Source: Paecilomyces variotii (Eukaryota). Taken from it: a stretch of DNA of 64,000 bases. The DNA is taken from NCBI GenBank assembly GCA_004022145.1, contig RCNU01000002.1; one strand, given 5' to 3'. Positions 14,163-25,800 of the stretch are shown piece by piece (position 1 is the first letter of the stretch; every line of letters begins with the position of its first letter). The notes under the pieces were generated by a model. It had not been told where the DNA came from and searched no databases. It saw nothing but the letters and a program-made list of their open reading frames with translations. Both the position numbers and the translations under genes were made by a program.

Positions 14163-14838
14163 ATGACGCCTGCGTTCATCAGTCTTGTCACGGCTCTGCT
14201 GGGTCTGACCAGCATTGCCAACGGCCACGGTTACCATCCACCGGCCACGCAGCAGGGCAACCTCGACTGGGCTACGATGCACATGCAAGGTAATTCAATT
14301 TCTGATCGGCGAAATTACTGATTCTTCGATCGCATTGCTAATACATTCAATAGAGGAGCATCATATCGACAACTTCGACGCTGCTTCCTTCTTTACCCTG
14401 CACGATTACGACGGTTCTGGCGCATGGACACCAGACGAAGTTCGCAAAACTTACGGTCTGGATGATGCTTCTACTGCAGGCGTCAGTGAAGACAAGAAGC
14501 AGGAAGTCGTCCGAGAAGTATTCACGCTCTTCGACCCCCTAAAATCGGGTGTTATCTCTTTCTCCGACTGGATGCGTCTCAACCAGGCTGGAAGGAAATT
14601 GCCAGATTTCGGCCTTGGTCCAGGCCACCATGGAGACATGGAATATGAATACGAGATCCATCACTTCGAGAAGTACCACGGTGACGATGCAACGGAGGAG
14701 GAGCTTACGCATCCTGAGGATATTGAGCACTTCCGGAAGCATGACGAGGAGGAGCTGGCCCAGGAACGGCTGGATCAGCTAGAGAAGATGCAGATTGTTG
14801 AAGCCAACATTCCGCAGAAATTCCTCCGACAGACATGA
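14163..14838 (+). CDS. SSP120: Secretory-pathway EF-hand protein Ssp120
   Basis: Signal peptide MTPAFISLVTALLGLTSIANG; intron 14290-14353 gives WATMHMQEEHHI; EF-hand LHDYDGSGAWTPDE; GPGHHGDMEYEYEIHHFEKYH; LTHPEDIEHF. Confidence 0.88.
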
Positions 14839-15020
14839 TCACGCGGCGGTTTTTTAATATGTATATATAAGATGATTTATGGTGTTTATCAAAAGACCGT
14901 AGACAACTGGTTACACGGCATTGCGCACGGATTTGGAGCTCATGAAATACTTGGAAGATCGTTATCGATTACATATCAGTTCAATCTAATGGTGCCACGG
15001 ATGATGTGTATTTGTATCCA

Positions 15021-16346
15021 TTAGGAATCCCCGAATATCAACTCAATGTCAAAAACGCAATGCATCACTCCTGGTGCGTAAGTCTTCACTTGCTCAACAT
15101 GTTGGCACTGCATGCTGGCCAGTGATCCAGGTGAGATGGACTTCTTATCCAATAGAGTTGAGAGCGACTGAAATTCCCCAAGAATGTTGTTTTTCTTCTG
15201 GTCAATTTCCCGAATGTCGACATTCTCATGCACATGAGCCCAACCGCCGTATCTTCGATCGAGGAGTCTGTAGGCACATTCATATGCCGGCTTTGACGTG
15301 GGTAGCAGACCGAGGTTCACATGCCGTACACTGTTCCATGATCCCCTAGGTTCCATGAAGTCCTTAACCTGTCCTAATATGTCCGCCGCGAATTTGTTGT
15401 CTCCGTGAAAGATGACAACCCTGTGAGCGTCACTAAGCTCGTCAACAAGCTTTTGTAACCCCCCTTCTAGTGTGCCGTCGTCGTGGATCTGTACAACTTT
15501 ACAGCCCCAGCCATTCTTTATACATCCCCTACGCAGTCCTTCCACTGACCACCCGTTAATCTCGAATCCCCAAACTCTCTTCACTCCTCTCTTGAGGTAC
15601 GAAAACACAAAGTACCCGATTCCGGCGTACATGTCGACAACACTAATATCCTGGACCTTCTCTCCTTTTAGGGTCCCTTCATCAAGACCATCGAATCTGA
15701 TACCTTGCCCTAATATCCGAGCCTTTTCCGTAATGTTACCGCGGGAGAACATAGTATGGAGAGGTGCCCAGGTCTGAAAGATCCCACCATTTTGGGAAGT
15801 GTGCACCCAGAATGCGGACGCAAAATCAGCAGATGTAGGCTGTTGCTCCTCTCTATCCCCCGATTGTGGAAAGGGACCAAAATCACCATACAGTGGTACC
15901 AGGCCTGTGGGACTCCGCATCCTGTTCTCCCTGCCAGTGTCGTTTCTGGCTTCGATAGGAGCATTTATTGCAACGTGAGTAACTCCCATACTGCTAAAAG
16001 CTGCAGCTATGGATGCATAAAGAGTCACTCGTTGGTCATTATCAAGGTCTCTGCATATAGTGCCCCATGCAGGAGGCGAGCTGAAGGCATTTGCTGGCAA
16101 TAGTAGAAGAGGCTGGTAAACAGTGAACCGTTTTGGGAGAGACGAAAATAGAGCCTCTCTTGTAATCCCATTGGCTGACAGCACAGATGATGATAGATTG
16201 TTTATCACAAAGTTCTGAATACCGGCTTGAAGTGGGTTCATGTGCTTTGGACGATCACGCTTGTTCTTTGCGCTAGAGGGTCTCTCAACCCGACGCTCTT
16301 TGCTGGTTTCTTCCAATCCTCCTCTGTGGCTATCATAAGTACTCAT
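15021..16346 (-). CDS. TYW2: tRNA wybutosine-synthesizing protein 2 (aminocarboxypropyltransferase)
   Basis: APLHTMFSRGNITEKAR, DMYAGIGYF, HVNLGLLPTS, HVHENV, VKTYAPGVMH motifs of the Trm12/TYW2 family; start uncertain (16346 or 16403); no intron needed. Confidence 0.85.
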   Translation of the reverse strand: MSTYDSHRGGLEETSKERRVERPSSAKNKRDRPKHMNPLQAGIQNFVINNLSSSVLSANGITREALFSSLPKRFTVYQPLLLLPANAFSSPPAWGTICRDLDNDQRVTLYASIAAAFSSMGVTHVAINAPIEARNDTGRENRMRSPTGLVPLYGDFGPFPQSGDREEQQPTSADFASAFWVHTSQNGGIFQTWAPLHTMFSRGNITEKARILGQGIRFDGLDEGTLKGEKVQDISVVDMYAGIGYFVFSYLKRGVKRVWGFEINGWSVEGLRRGCIKNGWGCKVVQIHDDGTLEGGLQKLVDELSDAHRVVIFHGDNKFAADILGQVKDFMEPRGSWNSVRHVNLGLLPTSKPAYECAYRLLDRRYGGWAHVHENVDIREIDQKKNNILGEFQSLSTLLDKKSISPGSLASMQCQHVEQVKTYAPGVMHCVFDIELIFGDS

Positions 16347-16898
16347 GTTGTGTATTTTGACTTTTGGTAAGGTGGTATCATAGAGAAGACCCCTCGGTCT
16401 CATCGAGAACTTTGTGACACTCGTGTAGGTCGATTTAGATTTCTCCCCATCATCATCACCATCTGTGTTTTGGGCAACTTAGTAAGTAGGGCGGTTAACT
16501 ATCCCCTGGACAGCTTTGTTATGCAACGCTGGTAGAAGCAAGCGTATTATTGCTAGATAGACTAACTGCCTAGTAACATGCATCATTTCTGCAGCGATCT
16601 AAGCTTGTGTGCACACGCCAAGGCAGCAAGGCAGACTGCAGCGATATCTCCGTGCTTAACTCCGACTCCCGTCCCCTCATTTCCATCGAGAGTTGGTTTG
16701 CGCATCGAACTCAGCGTATCAACCTGACTGAAATCACTCAAGATCATCTTCAGCTCTTGGCAATTGTGTTGGAGAATCGATCTCTATTCAATTAGCGACA
16801 GGGAAGAGCTTGCGAGGGAGCTCTTATCAAGTGGCACTCGACATCAAGTCTACTAAGTACCTATTAATATCAGCACTGTTTCGCAACCCTAGACAAAT

Positions 16899-17904
16899 AT
16901 GTCTTGCCCTCAATGCTTCAGTGGCTCAGTGCACGACGGCACTCCCAAGGGAAAGGTTGTCAAACTTCATGGGCTGGATGCGTACGTCTCCGAGCCTGAA
17001 GAAGGCAAGCCAGTCAAGGGAATCATCATTATTATCCCCGATGCGTTCGGATGGGAGTTTCCAAACAACAGAATCCTAGCGGACCACTATGCGGAGAAGG
17101 GCAGCTATAAAGTGTACCTGCCGGAATTCATGAACGGTAAGCTTCGTTACTGATCCCAGTGATATATGTACCCCGGTAGTAAACCGCGCATATCTGGTTG
17201 CGCATTGGACCCATGTAATCACGGATACTAATTTCTTACGATAGGAAATTCCGCACCTCACTGGATCCCAGGGATGCTGTACGGTCTCTTCGACACCGGT
17301 TCACTGTGGTCGTGGCTGCTTAAGCCGTAAGCGTCTCTCACTGACTCTTCAGAATCCATGTATGCTGACTATTTATGTCAGATACCAAGTCGGCTGGCTT
17401 ATTTATGGCATGGTCCCCTTTGTGATTCGCAATAGCTTCCCCAAGACCTGGCCGATCGTCAAGGATTTCTTCACTGCTGTGAGGGAGAATGAAGGCGCTC
17501 ACCTTCCCATCGGCGCTGCCGGTTTCTGCTGGGGCGCCAAGCACACGGTGAATTTGGCCCAGGGCTACGAAAGCAACGGGAAGCCTCTCCTTGACGCCGG
17601 TTTCACGGCTCATCCAAGCAACTTGGAGATCCCTGCTGAGATCGAGAAGATCAAGAAGCCCGTCAGCTTTGCAATTGGTGACAAGGATATCCAGGTCAAG
17701 GTGCCACAGATTGAGCAAATCCGACAGATTGTCGAGGCCAAGCCTGATGGTGAGAAAGGAGAAGTCAGGACCTACTATGGCGCAGGTCATGGATTCGCCG
17801 TTCGTGCGGATCATATCTTGAAGGATGCGGAGCGACAGGCGGAGGAAGCGGAAGACCAGGCTATTGACTGGTTCAACCGCCAATTCCAGGGAATTTCTTA
17901 CTAA
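16899..17904 (+). CDS. Dienelactone hydrolase family protein
   Basis: MSCPQCFSG..PKG, IPDAFGW..NNRILAD, GFCWGAK (nucleophile Cys), GDKD, GHGFAVR; two introns (about 17137-17245 and 17327-17381). Confidence 0.9.
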
Positions 17905-18140
17905 GGAGTTACGTTTTACTCCTGGATGTAATGTTTTGGTCACTAATAATCGGAGGGGTGGAGGCTAGGAGGACGATACTAGTATCAGCTACGAGCTTCA
18001 TATATTGGATACGCGATGAGAATGATAGTCGCTAGGTTATTTGAATTCTTTATGCTTTTAACATCGAACTATCTTCAGACTTCCTAGCTGCGGTAATTGA
18101 TTCCTCATGGTATAAATCAGCAGCATGACTAGTCCACCCG

Positions 18141-19964
18141 TTAAAAGTATTGTTGGCCTCTCCTCTGCCTATCACTTTTCGAACTAGCATACATGCCTGC
18201 TTTGGCCGTCTTGCTCCCCATCCTCACCAGACCGACAAGATGATGAACACCTGCAAGAACGCCATCGATTACCTGGACGTCCTCACCTACAGCTTCCTCG
18301 ACGGCAGGTTTCAGCATGGTCATTCCAACGCATCCCAGTGTCAATGTATCCGCTCCTTTGGCTACCAAGTCTTTGGCAACACCGCACATGATATCGAGAA
18401 CTTCTTTCTGAGGCTTGCTCTCAAGCTCCAGAACCCCCAGTCCACAGCTTCCAACACCGACACAGAAGTCACCGAAGCCGTAGTGCCTGATCGCATCCTC
18501 CGCCATTGGTTTTGATCTGTTCGATGTCGCAATCATTCCGAAGCGATTACCCAGCGTCCGCGCCGCGAAGAGACTTGCTTCCATGATCCCGATCACTGGC
18601 TTGTCTAGCTCCTCTCTCAGAGGCCTGATCAGAGAATGGTCGCTGTAGCAGGCCACGAGGAAAGCATCGTACTTGTCAGCCATGGGTATGATAGCCCGCA
18701 CAGCTGCCGCAGTAGACATGACACTGTCCATATGGCCTTCAATGGCGGTTGGCGCTGGAGTAGGTGCAGTGAAGCCATGAACTTCCACGTCTGGAGGTAG
18801 GGTTGGCTGAAGCATCTTAACGCAATTATCTGTCATGAACTTCGTCGCATTCGGGTTACAGAGAAGAATACGGATCTTCTTGCTTTCCTTAGTAGACGGC
18901 GATCCAGAACCAACAATGACATATTCTCCAGTATTAGGACTCGCGGATCCGTCTCTTTCGTTCAGCTTTGGAGGCTCAATGACTCCAGTCTGAGAAGTTA
19001 TCCTCCCATAATGCTCAATACGTCGATGTCTTGCGAAGTCGAATGTTCTCGTTTTCCCCGGCCTGCACTGATCGAGATCACAATCCGCAATGATCACTTC
19101 ATCATCCTTCGTCTTGCTCTCTGCGATGATCCGGCCCTCGGGATCGGTAATGCAAGATCCGGCTATCAAGTCATACTTCCCATCATCCAAGCCACATCTC
19201 GCAGCACTGACTGAGAATGTGGCATTGGTGTACGAATGCGCCTGCATGGAAAGCTTATGTTGGAAGATCGCCGTACGTTCTGCCTCCTCGGGGGATTCGT
19301 CTGCTGAAGAACCCCAGAGTTCAGGAGCCCATCCGGCGGTATTGTAACCACATAGGACGACTTCCACGCCTTGAAGGCCCAGAACACGCCATGACTCTGC
19401 CCACCGGCGGTCATTACAGATCATCATTCCGAAGATAGGATCCCCACGTTCGGGAGGGGATGTTGTCAAGTCAGGTACGCGGAAGGCTTGCCATCCTAGG
19501 TTTCCTGGCTTGAAATATCTCTTCTCCAGTTGATTTATGGCGTTGGGATCCGGCCAAGGCTCAAAGTCTCCTGGGAGATGGATCTTGCGATACTTCGAGA
19601 TGATAGAGCCCGTCTTAGCATGGTAGTAGATGCAGGTATTGTAATGCTCGCTGTCATCTGTCGCTTCGGCGAATCCCACGCAAATGTCAACTGCTAGCTG
19701 CTGTGCTTTATCGAACAAGGCTTTCGTGTTGGGAGCCGTCCGAATATCTCCGTGCTCAAACCACGACTCCAGTTCCTCTTCATCCGCGAAAAAGTATCGC
19801 GGAAAGAATGTTGTGAAAGCCGTCTCTGGGAAAACAACTAGCTGTGCGCCCTGCGATGCAGCATCATCCAGAAGCTTGAGCATTCGAGATAGAGTCTTCT
19901 CGCGGGGATCTGTAAGATGGGTAGAGCCCATCTGGGCCGCTGCGATGCGTATGATTCGAGGCAT
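18141..19964 (-). CDS. Fusion protein: N-carbamoyl-D-amino-acid amidohydrolase (nitrilase superfamily) + hydantoin/allantoin racemase (Asp/Glu/hydantoin racemase family)
   Basis: Intronless 607-aa ORF. aa 1-325: FPE47, YRK127IHLPG, LEKRYF, MIC183NDRRW, GYNT, FDFARHRRIEHYG. aa 363-607: ILLCNPN, DAFLVAC439YSDH, PVIGIMEAS, LTLGC545VGM, VIDGV. Confidence 0.88.
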   Translation of the reverse strand: MPRIIRIAAAQMGSTHLTDPREKTLSRMLKLLDDAASQGAQLVVFPETAFTTFFPRYFFADEEELESWFEHGDIRTAPNTKALFDKAQQLAVDICVGFAEATDDSEHYNTCIYYHAKTGSIISKYRKIHLPGDFEPWPDPNAINQLEKRYFKPGNLGWQAFRVPDLTTSPPERGDPIFGMMICNDRRWAESWRVLGLQGVEVVLCGYNTAGWAPELWGSSADESPEEAERTAIFQHKLSMQAHSYTNATFSVSAARCGLDDGKYDLIAGSCITDPEGRIIAESKTKDDEVIIADCDLDQCRPGKTRTFDFARHRRIEHYGRITSQTGVIEPPKLNERDGSASPNTGEYVIVGSGSPSTKESKKIRILLCNPNATKFMTDNCVKMLQPTLPPDVEVHGFTAPTPAPTAIEGHMDSVMSTAAAVRAIIPMADKYDAFLVACYSDHSLIRPLREELDKPVIGIMEASLFAARTLGNRFGMIATSNRSKPMAEDAIRHYGFGDFCVGVGSCGLGVLELESKPQKEVLDIMCGVAKDLVAKGADTLTLGCVGMTMLKPAVEEAVGEDVQVIDGVLAGVHHLVGLVRMGSKTAKAGMYASSKSDRQRRGQQYF

Positions 19965-20037
19965 CTTGCTGGACCGTAAATAGAGGGTTTTCTGAGACCT
20001 AATCCGATACCCCGTTTATACTTCAGAGATCCACCGG

Positions 20038-20230
20038 ATATATATACTTGAGCAAGGCTAAGTTGTGGTGCTGATAGACGGATCGGCCGATATCCTTATC
20101 AGCTTATCGGGCGACGATCCATTCGCAAAATTCCTCGATATGTCCTTATCACATTTGTAGCGGGGGAAAGGGTTAGTTTCTATGAGCAACTGGAAGGGTT
20201 CGTAACTAACGACTGAGGTGATATCTTATC
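20038..20230 (-). promoter_or_regulatory. Cluster of GATAAG (GATA-factor, AreA/NIT2-type) sites plus TATA-like element upstream of the carbamoylase-racemase gene
   Basis: CTTATC on + (GATAAG on the gene strand) at 20095, 20103, 20145 and 20225; further GATA cores at 20073, 20089 and 20137; ATATATATA at about 20038-20046; ATG at 19964. Confidence 0.6.
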
Positions 20231-20792
20231 AGGTAAAGTTCTAGTTAGTCGATTTAGTGTTGGAAAGCAACTTGGAGTTAACCACGACGTGGATGCCTTG
20301 CCTTTTATGCAAAATGCGATTAGGAGCAAGCATATTGAGAAAAACTGATGCTCTATGAGCTGTATTTATTGAAAGACCGCCGCACCTGCACGTTCTCGGT
20401 CCTACTGCACTGTGTCGAATCCTAAATGGCATGGAAACATGGTCTAGGATACCAAAGAACCTGCTGCAGACGGATGACTGACAGATCACCTGCACGTGCG
20501 CTTTGTACACCGACACACTGCTGTTCATCCAACCTGTAAGACATATTTTGAGCATGTACTTCTCCGTCGATTGTTGAATACAATTGCATTTATGGATATA
20601 TGTTCGCAATACGCACAACGATCAATGCCAGATAGGGTAGTATATTTAAGCAGATAAGAGTTCGTGTCAAAGATGCTTCGCCCAAAAAAGAGATGTTCGC
20701 CACTGTCACAATATGCAACACCACTTAGCCTGGGAATCAGTAATCAGAGTAAGATCCGCTAGAAACGAGAGTATAATGATATGGCTAGAAAT

Positions 20793-22362
20793 TCAATAAT
20801 CCATCACAGAAGAGCCGAGTTTGTCGTTCGAATCAAGAACTCTGAGTAACCAGATGATTAGTGATGTATTTCCGTCTGCGAAAGCAAGAAGAACTTACGA
20901 GTATTGTTTTGTCAGAGTACCCTCACCCCCCTTTGAGAGATCGATGTTGAAAACATAGAAGTTGCCTTCACTGGTCACCACCATAACCTGAGGAGTATTA
21001 TTACTCATTGCAACAACACTCCTTACTGGCCCTGAACCGCCAACTCCGCCGGATCCTTGGCCCGACTTAGGTAGTTTAATCCAGGCAAAGTCCCGTGCCG
21101 GCTCCCACATTTCACTCACGCCCTTTGGGAGATAACCGCCGACAGTAGCGGCAAAGGTATTCCCAACATTCTGCGATGTCCGTCTGATAATCCCCATGAA
21201 GGTGCCGTTGTGTTTTCTTGACGATATATCGGTTGGATCGTCATCACCGGTTGGTTCCTCGGATTCATATGGCAACCCGTAAGAACTCTGACTAGCTGAC
21301 CGATCACGGGAAGATGATGTGGAGGCGGATGCAGCTCCAGAGGGCTGGCCCTGATGGCTTAGTTTGAATATGTGGATTGTTTCAGTGGCCGAGGATACAC
21401 AGAGAAGGGTTGATGTCGTGTTGAATGACATGCTGTATATCCTCGAGGGCATCGAACCTCTGCGAAACTGATATAATTTATGACCATCAGGCACTGAGAA
21501 GACTCTGATGATCGTTCCTTTGTCAGATGCAGTAGCCAGGAGGGTACCCTCACTGTTCAAGGTAATGCAAGATAGGGGAGATCGATGCGCTTCAATAACG
21601 TTGATGGTCTCCAACTTCAGCGCATCGAATATCAACACCTCGCCGCTTGTCGGGGAGATGTGAGTGGCTCCTGGAGGAGCATGAGATGGAGGCGCAAATG
21701 AAGAAGGGGGGGCCTTCTGAGGAAGAGGGTATGCGAGATAGCAGCTGTCAGAGGAAGGCGACAATGCGCAGATAGCTGTGAAATATTAGAAACGCATCTG
21801 GTTGGAACGGGGGTGATAATATATGTCTCGCATGCTTACCGTTAGGGTTTGGCGACGTCTCGATAGTATGCAGAAGCTTCATGGTCTGAATGTCGTAAAG
21901 ATAGATTTGGTCCTCCAGTACTATCACTAATCGTTTCCGGTTCAGTCTGACCGCGAGCACGGTTGTCGGAAACGTCAGTTCACATATTGTGGATTGACGC
22001 TATGCAGAGTCCAGTGTCAATATATTGCAAGCTCAGTCATGCGAGAAATGCAGATAACAAGCCTGTAATACAGGCATCCTGACGGTTTCTAGGACATCTA
22101 CGGACCTTAGTATTCATGATCTGGAGACGTCGTGGAGATAGGATGAGGGCCACGAGAGATGTGGAAAATAGCATCTCCAGGATGGCAATGTTTCCTTCCT
22201 TGGTCTCATAGCTCTTGGAAAATGGGTCCGTCGTGAATATACGGAAACCCTTGGAGGTACCTGGGAGGTGTCAGTGGTCTAGAACGTGTCTCAATATTGG
22301 GATTTCATACCAACAGCTAGATAGCTGTAGTCTTGGTTGAAGGTCACAAAATTCATCGCCAT
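20793..22362 (-). CDS. ATG18: Autophagy WD40 PROPPIN Atg18
   Basis: [60 protein letters not shown] lipid-binding motif, [12 protein letters not shown]; four GT-AG introns; stop at 20793-20795. Confidence 0.95.
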
Positions 22363-22840
22363 CTTGCGCGATTTGATCAACCAAGCCCGGCTTATGTTTA
22401 CGAACAAAGTATTCCCTGTGTTCAAGGCAGATAAACCCCGGCCGTTTCAAGACGTACCCCGCTTCACCAATCAAAAGGTAGATGAGCAAGAACTGGCCAT
22501 AACAAGGCCTGTTCACCAGAAAACAGGAACTCGTGTACCACTCCGGTTATGTAGACGTGTCTGATCAAATAAATCCTTGTTTGTTTCGAAATGAAGGAAA
22601 ATACTTGATCAGACCGCAGGCATCATCGTAGGAATCAGTAAGCCGCGCAGGGTGTTCACGGGAACAGATGTTTGGAGGCGTCTCTATCGCTTGGCTGCCC
22701 GGGGAAGCGCGCGCCAAGCGACGGACGCTTGGACCACACCTTGATTGCCTTCCCGCTGAGCATGTCGGAATTTAAGAAAGAAGATTATTTCACACAATCC
22801 AGAGCATTCTTGCTTAGCCTCCAGCCAAAGCTCTTCAGCC

Positions 22841-25800
22841 ATGGCTCCAGTCAAGATACCGGCCATGGCCACTGCAAGTACAAAAGCGGAGAAGGAGGCG
22901 GACTTGGTGATGGGGGTAAGCTACTGCTACAATAGAGGTCTGAAATGCATACTGACGCATATTGAAATTTTTTGGTCTTGATCAGACGAACAATAGTAGT
23001 ATCGTATCCAAACGCAGCGTTGAACTCCTCTACTACCCCCAACCCCATTTCTTTCGATACTTCGTCAAGAAGCCGCAACGGCGTGCCCCACTAATAAATC
23101 GAGGATACTGGCTTCGCATGTATGCTATGACAGAGACAGTCCGCCGTTTCCTGGAGGAACCATCAGATAATCCAAAATCCGTGCTCAACCTTGGCTGTGG
23201 ATTGTGAGTCCGGATCTTGTAACTGAAGTTGTGCTGGGCGTAGGCTAAGACTGGGTGTCGTAGTGATCCTCTTCCCTTCCAATTGCTCAGCACAGAAGAG
23301 TCCCTGTGTAAAAATGCAACCTTTGTGGACATTGATTACGAAAAACTTATGATCAATAAGAGAAACGCCATCGAGAAAACCACAGAAATTTCGAGTCTAT
23401 TGAAGGATGTAGAGTTCCTTTCAGATGAAAATGCGGTGCTGATCCGGAGCAAGCATTATGTTGGCGTCGGCTGTGATCTCAAGAACCTGAAGAAACTGGG
23501 AGAAACTCTGAAGACGATTATTGGAGAGGGCCAGTGTTCGATTCTTTGCACTGCAGAAGTCTCACTCACATATATGGATGTCGAGTCAGCAGACGCTGTC
23601 ATCAAGTGGACATCTAGTCTCAGCCAAGGTTAGCCCGAGATAATCGTGTGCAGACTGTCGTAGCACAATGCTCACCTCAATAGATGTTCGATTTGCTTTG
23701 CTGGAGCAATTCTTCCCAGACGGCCCGGATCATCCCTTCGCTGCTACTATGATGAAACATTTCAACAAGTTGCGGGCACCGCTTCATTCGATCCATCACT
23801 ACCCCTCGCTCCACGACCAAGAAAGGCGATTCCTTGATGCTGGCTGGGGACGCGCACATGCAAGGAACCTGTGGGATCTGTGGAGTGATAACTCCTTCCT
23901 CAGTAGTTTCCGCAGAATGTCTCTCGACACGTACGAAGTATTCGACGAATGGGAGGAATTTGCACTATTTGCGTCCCATTATTTTCTCCTCACTGCCTCG
24001 ACGGGCAAGGAACCTCCTCGAAACGGAGAACAAAGGCAGGCTGGACCCCAAGACTCTGAACTCGCGCTTTCAAGCGCTTTCCGGCTGATTCCGTATTGCC
24101 CTCCTCGATTTAAAGGGCAACGACGCTATGGTGCGCTCATCCCGGACAATGATCGTCGCCTGGGTCATCATGGTGGACAGGGAGCCCAATCCCGGCTTTC
24201 GACTTCGGACATCTACACTCATTCTCCTGGCATCAAAGAGTCTGGAAGATCAATGCCGCCGAAGGATATTCCCGCGAGAATATGCCATAGCGTGACGAGT
24301 CTGAATGAGGAGGATTGTCTGCTTGTGGGTGGGCGAGCGGCACCAACAACAGTTTTCGGTGACTGTTGGCTAAGGAAGAACGGCACATGGAAGAAGACCC
24401 ATGACCTTCCAACTCCTCTGTACAGACACAGCTCAACCAGATTGACTCTTGAAGCTCTTGGTGACTGTGTTCTCGTTTACGGAGGCAAGTCAGCCAAAAG
24501 TGACGTTCTGGGTGAATGGACCTTGTGGAACTCTGAGATTGGATGGCAAACAGTTGAGCAAGTAGGCCACAGACCTGCCCCTCGATTTGGAGCATGCATG
24601 GCATGCGTGGACTCTTCTTCTGGAGTTCTCTTTGGTGGCATCACACAAGATGGTATAGTTCTAGACGACTTCTGGACATGGAAAGTGTCACAGCGCGACG
24701 ATGGATCCTTTTTCGTCGAACTGAGCGACCACACTGAAGATCTTCGGGCTGCATCGCCTCTATCCAAATTCATTGGACGATTTGGCGCTACGGTGAACGT
24801 GATTCCACGGGGACTGCTCATCATCGGTGGCATTTGCGCAAGAGAAATCATTCCTTCTCAGTACGAAATTCTGCTACTCAACGTGTCTGATATCTTCAGA
24901 GCCATCAACTACGAAAAATCGTGGGACAACAAGCTACTATCCTCCATTGGCCTGGGGGTCGAATTCAATGGCCCACGACCATTGCTCGCTGGTCATGTCT
25001 CCTGCACTCTTACTGAGAGTCAAACCTTGATTCTAGGAGGTGGAGCAGTATGCTTTTCTTTCGGCACTTGCTGGAACGAGGGCACGTGGCTCCTCCAGAG
25101 TGCTGACTCTGACAGCCAAAATACATGGTCCGTCATGCCTGAGGCAGAGGACAAATCACCGGATGAGACACAAGAGACTCCTAAGCGCCTTCGACGTGCA
25201 AAAGCTATGAATGGTGACCGGTCGATCCCGAGGATATCTGTGGAAACTTCTTCTGAATTTGAAAGGATCCTGGAGGCTTCCAGACCGGTCGTGATTCAAG
25301 GGACCGACGTTGGCCCATGCACGGAGCTCTGGACGAAGGACTATTTGACGAACACTGTCGGCAGTGATCGCAAGGTATCTCCCTCGTCCGCCCCGTTCCG
25401 TATGTGTTTAGACTAATCCTTTGCAGGTCGTAGTACATGAGGCTCAGACTGAGAATATGAACTTCCAAACGAAGAATTTCTCGTATGTCACCAAAGGATT
25501 TGGATGTTTCCTGGACGAAGTGCATGCCGGTGGGCGTCAATATCTCCGTTCCATTTCTTCTGAAAAGCCCACGAAGATGCCAGCAAACCTGGCAATTGAC
25601 TTTCCTCAATTGAAGGATGACTTCCGTCTTCCAGCTGAATTATCCTTTGTGACGGAGAACATGCACAGTTCTCCGTTGAGAATATCTGGACCGGTCACGA
25701 TGTGGCTCCACTACGATGTGAGGATCCTTCGAACTATATCAGATATTGCATATTCTCCAAGCTAAAATAGAGTGTACTGACCTATAACGTCTTCAGGTAA

